DNA from: Gemmatimonadales bacterium
Lineage (GTDB): Bacteria; Gemmatimonadota; Gemmatimonadetes; Gemmatimonadales; GWC2-71-9
DNA length: 64,000 nucleotides
NCBI GenBank assembly: GCA_041615815.1
Contig: JBFJCP010000002.1
Coordinates: forward strand, 64,001 to 128,000
Direction: 5' to 3'
A model generated the notes under the pieces. That model was not told the origin of the DNA. It did no database searches and saw only the letters and a list, made by a program, of their open reading frames with translations. Of this stretch, positions 1 to 10,406 are shown in pieces (the stretch's first letter is position 1; each line of letters opens with the position of its first letter). Position numbers and translations under genes: made by a program.

Positions 1-973
1 CCACCACCAGCTCACCAACCTGGATGCCCTCGACCACTTCCACGAAGCCAGGTGTCCGAATTCCGAGGACGACCTGCCGCCGCGTCGCCGCATTCTCCTC
101 GACGACCCAAATGTAATCGGCGCCCTGCAGCGGCAAGATGGCGTCCTCGGGAACGACCACGGCGCTGGGCCGTACGTCCGTAACCAACCGCGCTTCGATG
201 AACATGCCGGGCTTGAGCTCCCGGCGGCGATTCGATACCCGCGCCTTGACGGTGATCGTTCTTGCCGGAAGACGCACTACGGGATCCACGAAATCCACGA
301 CGCCGGTGAACTCTCGATTCTCGGCGGCCGCCACCCGGAAGGTCACCTCCTGACCCACGCGAAGCCGGTCCGCATACCGTTCCGGAACCGGGAACGTTGC
401 GCGCTGCGGGTCCGCCGTCTGCAACGTGGTGAGCCGCGTGGACGTGGTCACGTAGTCACCAAGGCTCACGAATCTTTGGCCTACCACACCGGCAAACGGC
501 GCACGAACGGTGGTTCGTGCCAGACGGACCTGCTGCAGCTCCAGCTGTGCTCGCGTGCTTCGCGCGTTGGCTTCGGCCGCCTCGAGATCCGCCTCGGATG
601 ATGCATTTCGCTCGAGGAGCTCTTGCGTTCGCCTGAGTGCCTGTTGAGCCAGATCGCGTTCGGCCTCGAGCTGGGCCACCTGCGCCCGCAACTGGGCGTC
701 GTCCACCTTGAAGAGCGGGTGGTCCTTCGCCACTTCGGCACCTTCCCGCACGAGGATCTCAACCAACCGTCCCTCGATCTCAGGACGTAATTCGATGTAT
801 TGCACGGCTTCGATCGCACCGGTAGCGAAGATGGCATCGACGACGGTGTCGCTCCGGGCCTCGGCAACCTCGACCGGGATGGGCGGGAACCCACCACCAC
901 CATTGTTGGCAGATTCGGCTCGCTGACAACCTACGAAAACGAGAGCCACAAGAACGAGCGCGTGGTACTTCAC
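1..973 (-). CDS. RND efflux periplasmic adaptor (membrane fusion) lipoprotein, runs off window start
   Basis: Not in ORF track; hand translation from GTG at 973 (overlaps OMF stop): MKYHALVLVALVFVGC...ELRPEIEGRLVEILVREG...VRAPFAGVVG...LKPGMFIEARL. Confidence 0.9.
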   Translation of the reverse strand, partial: MKYHALVLVALVFVGCQRAESANNGGGGFPPIPVEVAEARSDTVVDAIFATGAIEAVQYIELRPEIEGRLVEILVREGAEVAKDHPLFKVDDAQLRAQVAQLEAERDLAQQALRRTQELLERNASSEADLEAAEANARSTRAQLELQQVRLARTTVRAPFAGVVGQRFVSLGDYVTTSTRLTTLQTADPQRATFPVPERYADRLRVGQEVTFRVAAAENREFTGVVDFVDPVVRLPARTITVKARVSNRRRELKPGMFIEARLVTDVRPSAVVVPEDAILPLQGADYIWVVEENAATRRQVVLGIRTPGFVEVVEGIQVGELVV

Positions 974-2268
974 GGAAGATTCTCCTGCCCGAGGAGTCGG
1001 CGGCCAAGGATCGCCTCCAGGCCGGCCAAGGCAAGTCGAGTGCCGTACCGGGCCTCTGCCCGGCCTGCCTCGGCCTCGGCGAGACTCACTTGTGCCGTGA
1101 TGAGGTCGATGATGGTCGTGGCACCTGAACGATACCGTTCTTCCTGCACGCGGAGATTCTCCCGTGCAACGAGCACCGCGCGCGCCGCCAGCTCGGAACT
1201 CGCACGCGCCGTGTTGTAGTTCTCATACGCTTCGATGACGTCGCGGCGCACTCCCCGTTCCGTGTCCTCCCGAACCGCCTGCGCAATGTCGCGGCTCGAC
1301 AACGCACGGGAGAGCTCGACCTCTCGCTGTGCATTGTTCCAGACGGGCACGCTGACGCGAAATCCCGCCAGCGACCGCGTGGTAGCCGAGGGGAAGAACT
1401 GATCGTCGAACGTCGTGATCTGCCCAAACAGATCGAGCTGGGGCAGGTACGCCCCGCGCGCCACGGACACTGCGGCGGCGGCGGCCCGCTCACCGGCTCG
1501 CGCCCCGAGCACCTGCGGGCTTCGCGCCGCCGCCTCGGCAACGGCCTCGGTTTCGGAGATCGGCAGCGCCGGCGCCGGTATCGTATCCAGCGGTGCTGCG
1601 TCTACCGGTCCTTCCGCCCCGACCCGACGTCCCAGTTGCAGACGCGACACTTTGAGGAAGGCCGCCTGGCGCAAAAGCTCAACCTGCGCTTGGGTGAGTT
1701 CGAGGAGGAGCTGGAGCGAATCGGTTTGTACAGCGGCGCCGGCCAATACCCGCGCGCGCGCCACGGCCAACTGTTCACCAGCGCGCCGCACTCGCTCACG
1801 GGCCACCCCGGTCAACTCCCGTTGAAGCAGGACGTCGTAGTAATCGGACTCCGTTCCCAATGCCATCTGAAATCTCGCCGCCGTCTCGTCGGCCTCCGCT
1901 CGCCGCAGCTCGGCATTGGCCTGGCGGAGTCCCGCCACCTTGCCACCACCTCGAAAGAGGGTATAGCTACCTTCGAGCCGGAAGTCGACGATCTGACTGG
2001 CCAACTCTCCTGTCCCGATATTGAAAAACTCACTCGAAAAACGCGTTGCTGATGTCTGCGCCTGAATTGATGGCAACACGAAGGCCAATCGTGCCGAACG
2101 CCGTCCCCAGGCAGCATCACCCACCTCGTTCAACGCCGCCACATAATCGGGATCGAGCCTCGTCGCTCGTCGCAGCGCTTCGGCGAGGGACACCATCGGT
2201 ATCGAGTCTCCATGCAGCGGCGCGACCGGCGGGGTGGCCAGCTGGAAGAGCAGGACGAGTTTGATCAC
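970..2268 (-). CDS. TolC-family outer membrane factor
   Basis: Two OEP-like helical repeats, C-terminal ERYRSGATTIIDLITAQ; between RND permease and adaptor. Confidence 0.9.
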   Translation of the reverse strand: MIKLVLLFQLATPPVAPLHGDSIPMVSLAEALRRATRLDPDYVAALNEVGDAAWGRRSARLAFVLPSIQAQTSATRFSSEFFNIGTGELASQIVDFRLEGSYTLFRGGGKVAGLRQANAELRRAEADETAARFQMALGTESDYYDVLLQRELTGVARERVRRAGEQLAVARARVLAGAAVQTDSLQLLLELTQAQVELLRQAAFLKVSRLQLGRRVGAEGPVDAAPLDTIPAPALPISETEAVAEAAARSPQVLGARAGERAAAAAVSVARGAYLPQLDLFGQITTFDDQFFPSATTRSLAGFRVSVPVWNNAQREVELSRALSSRDIAQAVREDTERGVRRDVIEAYENYNTARASSELAARAVLVARENLRVQEERYRSGATTIIDLITAQVSLAEAEAGRAEARYGTRLALAGLEAILGRRLLGQENLP

Positions 2269-5200
2269 GACTGCGCCTCCACTGGGCGAAGCGCCGGTGC
2301 CCGACGCCGCGCTCGGTGCCGCAGCGCGTCGAGCAACACGTATACCACGGGAACCAGATAGAGCGTCAGTACCGTCGAAAAGAGCATCCCACCCACGATG
2401 GCGTAGCCCAGCGGCCGCCGGCTGGCTGACCCCGCGCCGAGACCGAGCGCAATAGGGAGCGTTGCCGAGATCGTCGCGACAGAGGTCATGAGAATGGGAC
2501 GCAAGCGGATTCGGCCCGACTCCAGCACGGCTTCCACGGTTGAGAGTCCCTTGGCCGTGAGCTGGTTCGCGTATTCCACGAGCAGAATCGAGTTCTTGGT
2601 AACCAGCCCGATCAGGAGGATCATTCCAATCTGGCTATACAGGTTGATCGTCGAGCCCGCGATCAACAGGGTCACGAGCGCCCCGGTAACCGCCAAGGGC
2701 ACCGCCATCAACACGGTGAACGGATGGACCAGCGACTCGAATTGGGCCGCCAGCACCATGAACACGACCACAAGGGCCAGAATGAACGCGTAATAGAGCG
2801 CGGTTCCACTTTCCGCGAGCTCTCGTGATTCCCCGGCCAACGCGATGCTCGCGCCTCGCGGCAAGACCTCCGCGCCAGCGGTCCGAAGCGAATCGAGCGC
2901 CTGCCCGAGCGTGAAACCGGGCGCCAAGTTCCCGGAGAGCGTGAAGGACCGGACTCGGCCGAAATGGTTGAGTTGGCGGGGCCCGATCCCCTCTTCGATT
3001 TGCGCCACGGCGTCGAGGTTGACCAGCGCCCCGTCCCGGCCCCGCACGTACAGCCCACGTATGTCACTCGGCGTGGCGCGCTCGTCTCTCTCCAGCTGCA
3101 CCATGACGTCGTAGACCTTACTGTTGCGCGTAAACGTGCTCACCTGCCGGCCACCCAAGAGGGACTGTAACGCAGACGATACGTCCCGAATCGCCACGCC
3201 GAGATCCTCCGCCCGGTCGCGGTCGTAGCGGACCGTGAGCTCCGGTTTGTTCACCCTGAGATCCGTATCCACGTTGATCAAACCGGGGATCTGGCGGGCC
3301 CGCGCCACGAGCCGATCCATGCCCACGCCGAGGGAATCGAAATCGGGATGCCGGACCACGAACTGGACAGGGCTCTGAAATCCGAAGGCCGGCGGCTGGT
3401 TTGCGAAGATAGAGGCACCGGGAATCCCAAAGAACTGGGGCTGCACTTCACCAATGACGTCTTGCACACCGCGGTCTCGTTCCGACCAGTCACGCAGGCG
3501 CGAGAAGATGATCCCGGAGTTCACCCGCCCACCCCACCCGATGATGCTGAAGTAGGCTTCGATGTCCTCGGTGTTTCCGAGAATCTCCTCAACCCGGCGT
3601 TGGTACCCATCCGTATAGTCGATCGATGCCCCTTCGGGCGCGACGGTGATCGTGATGAAAAAGCCCCGGTCCTCCGGCGGAATGAACTCACGCTCGAGCG
3701 TCACGAACACAGCACCGGCAAGCACCACGACGCCCGCCGCTCCCCCAACCACATACCAGCGGTGCTTCAAGGCCCAGCCGAGGCTCCGGCCGTACACCTC
3801 CGCGAGCCTGCGAAAGCCGGCTTCCAACGTGTTGAAGAGTCGTCCATGTTGCTTGGGGACGCGCAAGATCTTCGCGCTCAGCATGGCGGTGAGCGTGAGC
3901 GCGACGAACGACGAGATCACCACCGCACCGGCAAGCGCAATACCGAACTCGTTGAAAAGCCGGCCCGTTGTTCCTCGCAGGAAGGCTAGCGGAGAGAACA
4001 CGGCGACGAGGGCCACGGTTGTGGCGATCACCGCGAAAGCGATTTCCCGCGTCCCGTTGGTAGCCGCCGTTTCGGGATCATCACCCAGCTCCTCCTGGTG
4101 TCGATAAGCATTTTCCATCACGATGATGGCGTCGTCGACGACAATGCCGATCGCGAGAATGAGCGCGAGCAGGGTGAAGTTGTTGATCGTGAACCCGAAG
4201 ATGTACAGCAGGCCAAAGGCGGCCACGATAGACGTGGGGATGGCCAATCCGGGAATGATCGTGGCCCGGAGGTTCCGCAAGAATACAAAGATGATGAACA
4301 CGACCAGGATGGCTGCCAAGACGAGCGTCTGCTGAGCCTCCTCGATGGAGCGCCGCACGAACACCGACCCGTCGTACGCTGCCGTGATGTCCACGCCCGG
4401 CGGGAGCGCCTCGCGAATGGCCGGCAACTCCCCGCGTATGGCGTCGGACACCTCGATGAGATTCGCTTTGGACTGGCGAACGACACCGATAGCCACTGCC
4501 GGCGTGCCCTTGAACCGCAGCACGGACCGGTCCTCCTCCGGTCCCAATTCCACCCGTGCCAAATCCTGGAGCTTTACCAGCTGCCCGTCCTGGTTCGCCA
4601 CCGTCACGTTGGCGAACTCATCGGGTGTCTTGAGCTCGCCCATGGACCGCACGGTGAACTCGCGCCGCTCGGATTCGATCCGGCCGGCCGGGATTTCGAC
4701 GTTCCGACTCCGGATCGCCGCCTCCACGTCCTGCACCGTCAGACTCCGAGCGGCAAGCGCCGCGGGGCTCAACCAGATGCGCATCGAGTAGCGACGCTCG
4801 CCAAAGATCTGCGCCCGCCCCACGCCCGGGAGGGATTGCAGCCTGGTCTTCACCTCCCGGTCCCCGATGTCCGAGAGTTGCAGGAGATCGTAGTTCTGCC
4901 CCGACAACGCCAACCAGAAGAAGGGCTGGGCATCGGCATCCTGCTTTTCCACCACCGGCTCTTCGATTTCCTGCGGGAGCCGCCCGCGGATCCTGGACAC
5001 TTTGTCGCGCACGTCCTGTGCAGCATCCTCGATCTTCCGATCGAGGGTGAATTCGAGCGTGATGTTGCTGAATTGCTCCGAGCTGGACGAGGTCAGGGTC
5101 CGAAGTCCCGAGATCGTGCTCAGCTCCTCTTCCAGGATGTCCGTCACCGTGGACTCCATGACGCGCGGGTTTGCCCCACGGAGCACCGTAGAAACCGAGA

Positions 5201-5333
5201 CAATGGGCGGATCGACATCCGGGAACTCCCTCACCGGGAGACGGAAAAAGCCGATCGCGCCAAAGAGCACGAGTGCGGCGCTCATCATGCTGGCGAGCAC
5301 CGGACGGCGAATGGCCGTATCGGAGAGCTTCAC
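2265..5333 (-). CDS. RND efflux permease (AcrB/MdtB-like)
   Basis: 1022 aa; IRRPV start, GIVVDDAI, KNSILLVE, RLRPILMT motifs. Confidence 0.95.
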   Translation of the reverse strand: MKLSDTAIRRPVLASMMSAALVLFGAIGFFRLPVREFPDVDPPIVSVSTVLRGANPRVMESTVTDILEEELSTISGLRTLTSSSSEQFSNITLEFTLDRKIEDAAQDVRDKVSRIRGRLPQEIEEPVVEKQDADAQPFFWLALSGQNYDLLQLSDIGDREVKTRLQSLPGVGRAQIFGERRYSMRIWLSPAALAARSLTVQDVEAAIRSRNVEIPAGRIESERREFTVRSMGELKTPDEFANVTVANQDGQLVKLQDLARVELGPEEDRSVLRFKGTPAVAIGVVRQSKANLIEVSDAIRGELPAIREALPPGVDITAAYDGSVFVRRSIEEAQQTLVLAAILVVFIIFVFLRNLRATIIPGLAIPTSIVAAFGLLYIFGFTINNFTLLALILAIGIVVDDAIIVMENAYRHQEELGDDPETAATNGTREIAFAVIATTVALVAVFSPLAFLRGTTGRLFNEFGIALAGAVVISSFVALTLTAMLSAKILRVPKQHGRLFNTLEAGFRRLAEVYGRSLGWALKHRWYVVGGAAGVVVLAGAVFVTLEREFIPPEDRGFFITITVAPEGASIDYTDGYQRRVEEILGNTEDIEAYFSIIGWGGRVNSGIIFSRLRDWSERDRGVQDVIGEVQPQFFGIPGASIFANQPPAFGFQSPVQFVVRHPDFDSLGVGMDRLVARARQIPGLINVDTDLRVNKPELTVRYDRDRAEDLGVAIRDVSSALQSLLGGRQVSTFTRNSKVYDVMVQLERDERATPSDIRGLYVRGRDGALVNLDAVAQIEEGIGPRQLNHFGRVRSFTLSGNLAPGFTLGQALDSLRTAGAEVLPRGASIALAGESRELAESGTALYYAFILALVVVFMVLAAQFESLVHPFTVLMAVPLAVTGALVTLLIAGSTINLYSQIGMILLIGLVTKNSILLVEYANQLTAKGLSTVEAVLESGRIRLRPILMTSVATISATLPIALGLGAGSASRRPLGYAIVGGMLFSTVLTLYLVPVVYVLLDALRHRARRRAPALRPVEAQS

Positions 5334-5723
5334 AAAGACCTCACTGCGCGATTCTGGTCGTCGGAAGGTAGCGGGGTCGACATTCCTTTAGAATGCCGGG
5401 ATTCACCGCAGGTGCCAGGCGGGCTGGGTGAACGGCCGGACGGACCTGCCAAACAGGCATCCTAGAGGGTCGGTCCGCGGTGGGCCGATGGTCATCGGGG
5501 AGGGGGCCAGCTTGGTGTTCCGCTCGATCTCGGGGGATCCCCTTCCGCAGTCTCGGATCAAGCGTTCGCCCGAACAGCCACTCTGGCAAAGACGCTCGTT
5601 CTCCGCGCCGACGTGCACGGGGTTCGACGCGCGGCGCTAGAAGTCGCCGGATCGGGATCAGCACCGGGCGGCTTCCGACGTCTCTCTGGGCAGGGTGCTT
5701 CTGGTGTTTGAGCGGGTGCGGAA

Positions 5724-5942
5724 CTAGCCCCGATCGTCAGGCCGCCCCTGATGACGTATCTCGAGCGCCAGCAGCAGCGTCGCCACCGTTCCCCCCACCA
5801 AGAGCGCAGCAAGCCAATTGACGGGACCACCCGCTCCAATCAACCCCGACCATACCGCCGAGACCAGCGTGTAGATGACCGCTGCGGTCACGAACGCCAC
5901 CAGCGCATAGCCGAGCAGCGGGAGGACTCGAGCCGCCGTCAC
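5724..5942 (-). CDS. Small two-TM membrane protein
   Basis: GTG at 5942 overlapping upstream stop; two hydrophobic segments. Confidence 0.55.
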   Translation of the reverse strand: MTAARVLPLLGYALVAFVTAAVIYTLVSAVWSGLIGAGGPVNWLAALLVGGTVATLLLALEIRHQGRPDDRG

Positions 5943-6238
5943 ATCCCCCGGGGCACCCGTTCCATTTCGATCCACGCCACGGGGCGGAACGGGTCCTCTC
6001 GAGCGTCTGTCGGCAGATCGGCATCCACGAACTGCCACAGGGGGCAGTCCTTGGGCCGGACCCCGAGCGGACAGGAGCCATCCTGGTTGCGGCACTCGTC
6101 GAGGCAGAAGGCCTGCGCGGCGCCTTTGACCCTGCTGGTACTCTTGGGAGCGAAGAGTGCCAGGCCTTCCGCTCGCATCACGATGAGGGCCATCACGGTG
6201 GCGAGAAGTACGATGGCAATGACCATGAGGGGTGGCAT
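5939..6238 (-). CDS. Small membrane-anchored protein with four Cys
   Basis: AAGGAGG RBS; N-terminal TM; CLDEC-x6-C-x8-C. Confidence 0.7.
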   Translation of the reverse strand: MPPLMVIAIVLLATVMALIVMRAEGLALFAPKSTSRVKGAAQAFCLDECRNQDGSCPLGVRPKDCPLWQFVDADLPTDAREDPFRPVAWIEMERVPRGM

Positions 6239-6325
6239 GGTCGCCTCCTTGAGCCGGTTTTCCTTTATAGAGTCGTGAATCGCGGGTGAAGGGCCGGTGA
6301 AGGAACCCTGAAGTCCCGCTCGCCG

Positions 6326-6730
6326 TCAGCGCGCGCTCTTCCGGCTCGCCCGCCAAGCGTCGATGCTGAAGCCCCCCGCCCCGACGGTGGACAGGTAGAG
6401 GAACACGAAGCAGTACACGGCCACGAGCTCGCCCCGATTGGCCCACCACCACAGGCCGCCCCTGGGCACGTGCATCCAGAAGTAGGCCACCGCCATCTCA
6501 CCGGACACCAGAAACGCGACCGGCTGGGTGAACACCCCGAAGACGATCAGCAGGCCACCAAAGAATTCGATGATCCCCGCAGCACCAAAACGGCTCATCA
6601 GCTCCACCGGCTCATCCCGACCGAACCAGGCAAACAGTTTCTGCGCGCCGTGGGACCAGTACATGAGACCGACCATGATGCGCATGGCAGGGTGGGCGAT
6701 GGGTCGAAGCTGCGACAAGAGCTGATTCAT
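6326..6730 (-). CDS. DoxX family membrane protein
   Basis: RIMVGLMYWSHGAQKLF, EFFGGLL, GAGGFSID motifs. Confidence 0.9.
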   Translation of the reverse strand: MNQLLSQLRPIAHPAMRIMVGLMYWSHGAQKLFAWFGRDEPVELMSRFGAAGIIEFFGGLLIVFGVFTQPVAFLVSGEMAVAYFWMHVPRGGLWWWANRGELVAVYCFVFLYLSTVGAGGFSIDAWRASRKSAR

Positions 6731-6764
6731 TCGCGGTATTCTCGGTCAGAGGGAAGTAGAGCGG

Positions 6765-7469
6765 TCACGGTCTGCGACTGATCACCCAAATATAGGCGGC
6801 GACCGCTTGCACGTCCGCGTCGCTGATGGCCGAACCTCCGCGTGGCGGCATGGCGATGCCGCCGCGCGACCGCTCCGCTGGCACCCCCGTCAAGATCTGC
6901 TGCACAATGGCCAGGTAGCTGCCTTTGGCATGGAGCCATACTTCGTCAGTCAGGTTGGGTCCGACGCGTCCCCGGGCGTCTCCGGCGTGGCAATTGTCGC
7001 ACCCGCCCTTGCCGTGGAAGATCTCTCCGCCCCACTCCACCATGGCCGGCGTGACACCGGGCGGAAAGGAGTCACCGGATTCCGGGTGACTGAGCTTCCA
7101 GACGAACGCCGCCACGGACTGGACTTCATGGTCCGTGAGATTCGCTCCACCTTTGGGCGCCATCGCCACGCCGCTCACTGATTTATTCGAGGGCACCCCC
7201 ACCAAGATCTGGCTCACCACCTCCAGGTAGTTCCCTTTGGCATGCCACCAATTGTCATCCGTGAGGTCGGGACCGAGCGAACCGTGGGCGTCCTCACCGT
7301 GACAGTTGGCACACCCTCCCGCGCCTTCGAAGATCTGTCTTCCATGACGGACCATGTGGGGGGTCACCCCCGGCGGGAGGGAGTCCGGGATGGCGATGTC
7401 CGCTTGTGCAGCCAACGGTGCGGCACTCACCAGCGAGCCGATGACGAGGAGAGTCGAAGTAAGCCTCAT
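6765..7469 (-). CDS. Periplasmic diheme cytochrome c (tandem-duplicated class I domain)
   Basis: Signal peptide; CANCH and CDNCH, each followed by GP(D/N)LTD..W and a distal Met (MAP/MPP). Confidence 0.9.
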   Translation of the reverse strand: MRLTSTLLVIGSLVSAAPLAAQADIAIPDSLPPGVTPHMVRHGRQIFEGAGGCANCHGEDAHGSLGPDLTDDNWWHAKGNYLEVVSQILVGVPSNKSVSGVAMAPKGGANLTDHEVQSVAAFVWKLSHPESGDSFPPGVTPAMVEWGGEIFHGKGGCDNCHAGDARGRVGPNLTDEVWLHAKGSYLAIVQQILTGVPAERSRGGIAMPPRGGSAISDADVQAVAAYIWVISRRP

Positions 7470-7564
7470 CGCAAGCACACCTCAGAGGAAAGAACACCGT
7501 GGTCGCTTCGTTGCCGGCCACAGGGGACGAGTCCGGAAGCACTCATCGGGGCGGGCGTCACGCC

Positions 7565-9517
7565 TCAGAATCGCCGCACCGCCCGAAAGGAAAACCGACT
7601 GACCGCGCCGGCTGTCCCGACGTTTCGACGCTGATGTTCGAACCGAATGATGGTTTCGACCTGCGCAAAGCGCCAGTTGGCCTCGATCAGCCCGCCGAGG
7701 AACCGCTCAAAACCAGCATCCGCGCGCTCGGTGCGCAGACCATCGAGACGCCCATACATCCGCACACCCAGGGGCGTCATCCAGACCACGGACGCGTTGC
7801 CGAACAGCATGGTGACCCGCTGGTCCTCGGACATGGACCGATTCCATCCTCCACCGAGCGACAGCCGCAGCCGCCGAACACTTGGGAGCGTGAGGGTACC
7901 CCGCGCCTCCCACACGGTGTTTCTGAATCGATCGGTGGTGCGCCGACGCCGCTCAGCCGAGATCCTGAGCAACCCCACGGGTGTGGGCTGTGTGCCGTCC
8001 AATTGTGTCACCATCTCGTTGAAATCGGGTATGGTCAGTGCACCGGCCTGGACGTCCGAATCCGTCCCCCGCAGGGACTGGCGGTGACGCAGCGTGAACC
8101 GCGATACGCCCAACGAGACGCTGTAGTTCCCCGTCACCGTGCGATCACGTCGTCGGGTGGCGGCGCGGAAGCGGTAGGTCACGAGCAGGACTTCGCCCAC
8201 CTGGATCCGACTCGTGATGGGCACGATGATGCGGAGGAACCCACCAACCTCCTGTACCTCGTAATCGAGATCCCGTAGGTACACGAGCGTCCCGTCCGCA
8301 CTGCGCACCATCAGGCTCGCTAAATCCACCTCCGGGTTGTCCAATTCGAACAGACGGGTGTCGTCGACGCGATGACGCTCATTCAAGACCGGGATGAAGC
8401 CATCGCCGGTGCCGTCTTCCCGCCGGCGCTCGTATCCCACCGCGACACCCCCACGCAGGCGGACAATTCGCGGCGTGGGGACCGTGAACTGAAGGCTCGG
8501 AATGATGGATCGCACCGATGTGGTGCGATTGATCAGCTCTGACGAGCGTGCGGAGCCTCGCACCGAACCGGACACCCACCGACTGATGCGGTATTCGATC
8601 CCAGCGCCGTAGCTCCTCGTGCTTGCGCGCGTTCCGTTGATTCGAGACGAAAGCACGCGGTACTGATAGTTCGTACCGAGCCAATGAGTGTGCTGCAAAC
8701 GTAAGCGTTCCGACCACGAGACCTGGCGATAGGGCGAAACCCGGCTGTCCCGATCGGTGAATCCGATACTCGACTGGAGAGTGCTTCCTTTGCCCCACCG
8801 AAAGCGATGATCGAACTGACCGTTCCAAGCCACGAAATCGTCGCCGCCCACGATGCCGTCGTAATTCGTTCGTTCGAGTCTCGCCGAGGCCTTGCTACTG
8901 TTGCCTGCGAATCGGAGAGTCCGCACCCGGTACGATCGTTCCACGGGATCCACCAGAGGCGTCGGATTCCACGTTTGGCTCACGGCCCGCCGGGAATACG
9001 AGAGGCGTACGGGAAACGGCCGCCAGCGAATTGACATGTTGGCATCCGTCGTCGTGTTGGTGTAATCCGTGAGGGTGAGCGCCCCGAGCGTCGAGGATCC
9101 GCCGGATCGGGTGGTCGCGAACGATAGCGAGATTGGGCGGCTCGAGAGGAGCCGCGCCGAGAAGTCGAGGTCGAGCGATCGGGAGACGACGGTATTGTCG
9201 AGCTGATTGGAAAGACCCTGGGTCAGGACCGGTCGCAGCGTCAGGCTCCAGGAGAAGGCACGGGTATCGATCAGCGAGCCCGAGAACGGGAGCGTGACCC
9301 ACTCGCGATATCGCTGATCGCTGAGGCCTGCGCGATCGCCGAAGGCCGTTGCCAGGGCACGGACCTCGATCCCCAGTTGGCCGCGACCACCCCCTACCCT
9401 GAGGAGACCTTGCGCCCCTCCTTCCTGCACGGCTCCGGCGATGCCGACTGCAACGCATGCCGCCATCGCCCCTACACGCCGACGGCGGTCACCGCGACGC
9501 GAGCGTATTCGAGACAT
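7565..9517 (-). CDS. Large outer-membrane beta-barrel protein (porin-like); start uncertain
   Basis: Signal-like N-terminus, many amphipathic beta strands, terminal Phe; adjacent to multiheme cytochromes. Confidence 0.75.
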   Translation of the reverse strand: MSRIRSRRGDRRRRVGAMAACVAVGIAGAVQEGGAQGLLRVGGGRGQLGIEVRALATAFGDRAGLSDQRYREWVTLPFSGSLIDTRAFSWSLTLRPVLTQGLSNQLDNTVVSRSLDLDFSARLLSSRPISLSFATTRSGGSSTLGALTLTDYTNTTTDANMSIRWRPFPVRLSYSRRAVSQTWNPTPLVDPVERSYRVRTLRFAGNSSKASARLERTNYDGIVGGDDFVAWNGQFDHRFRWGKGSTLQSSIGFTDRDSRVSPYRQVSWSERLRLQHTHWLGTNYQYRVLSSRINGTRASTRSYGAGIEYRISRWVSGSVRGSARSSELINRTTSVRSIIPSLQFTVPTPRIVRLRGGVAVGYERRREDGTGDGFIPVLNERHRVDDTRLFELDNPEVDLASLMVRSADGTLVYLRDLDYEVQEVGGFLRIIVPITSRIQVGEVLLVTYRFRAATRRRDRTVTGNYSVSLGVSRFTLRHRQSLRGTDSDVQAGALTIPDFNEMVTQLDGTQPTPVGLLRISAERRRRTTDRFRNTVWEARGTLTLPSVRRLRLSLGGGWNRSMSEDQRVTMLFGNASVVWMTPLGVRMYGRLDGLRTERADAGFERFLGGLIEANWRFAQVETIIRFEHQRRNVGTAGAVSRFSFRAVRRF

Positions 9518-10406
9518 GGCATCGCTGGCAATTGCCGAATCCGGCGCGGAAGGCGACGGCCCCATTGTGGCATGCGCCGCACGCCTCTCCAGCGTTGATG
9601 TCCTTCATCAGAATCGCGGTGGCTCCGGCCCGGGGCTCGAAGAGATCCACGTGACATGCTTTGCAGCGAAACCGGACTCGATGCAGCCAGTGTGGGAAGA
9701 TGGCGGGAGGCAGTTCGTCCGTGCGCACTCCGGCGGAGTTGCCGATGGAATCGGAGATCAGGGCAGCCGAGTCGAGGCTCACTCGCCGCATGGTGACGGT
9801 ACCGAGGAGTTCGGGCTGGGCGCGATCCGGAGGCATGGGGAGCGACTGGTGGCAGCGTTCGCAGCCGGAGTTCACCGGATAGGCCACCTTGCCATGGCAC
9901 TCTCCGCAGTACCGTCCCTGGAAGATGTCCGCCATGGATATGTTCGTTCCCCGGTAACGAAAAATGGGCCCGTGACACTGCCGGCAGTCCACCCACTCCG
10001 TGTGTGAGGAGTGCGGGAAGTAGGCATCGAACGTGGAGTCGGGACCTTGCAGGTAGAAGTCGAAGGCGAAGCGGAAGTCGGGCTCCCCCAAATGCCGAGC
10101 CCGGCCCGCAATCGCGGACCGAGGCTTGATTACGCCGTCGCGCAACGCAGCCATCCAATCGATATTGCCGGCGTGGTCGCGAGGCAACATCGCCGTCGCG
10201 CTGTCCGCGTTCAGCGTCCCTTCAATTGGAGGACGAACCGTATCCTCCGACACTACCAGCGGCGAGGCAGCTGGAACTCGAGCGACCGTGGCCGGCCGCT
10301 CCTCTCCCGACTTCGGAGGGATATCGAACACTGTGCCGGCCACCTGCCTGCATCCGATTACGAGCAGACAGACCGCTGCCAAGCGCCATCCCGACCCGCC
10401 CGTCAC
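9489..10406 (-). CDS. Hexaheme c-type cytochrome lipoprotein, two c7-like triheme domains
   Basis: Lipobox LVIGC; CRQCH, CGECH, CERCH, CKACH, CGACH, CQRCH; FPHxxH before each triplet. Confidence 0.9.
   Translation of the reverse strand: MTGGSGWRLAAVCLLVIGCRQVAGTVFDIPPKSGEERPATVARVPAASPLVVSEDTVRPPIEGTLNADSATAMLPRDHAGNIDWMAALRDGVIKPRSAIAGRARHLGEPDFRFAFDFYLQGPDSTFDAYFPHSSHTEWVDCRQCHGPIFRYRGTNISMADIFQGRYCGECHGKVAYPVNSGCERCHQSLPMPPDRAQPELLGTVTMRRVSLDSAALISDSIGNSAGVRTDELPPAIFPHWLHRVRFRCKACHVDLFEPRAGATAILMKDINAGEACGACHNGAVAFRAGFGNCQRCHVSNTLASR

Noticed and set aside
4098..5465. Long plus-strand ORF (455 aa) and similar long antisense or alternate-frame ORFs such as 50182-51657 and 22738-23991
   Set aside because: Shadow ORFs of well-supported genes, expected at high GC
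5341..5664. 107-aa minus-strand ORF or structured RNA upstream of the RND gene
   Set aside because: Arg/Pro-rich composition, no RBS or motif, and no recognisable RNA family
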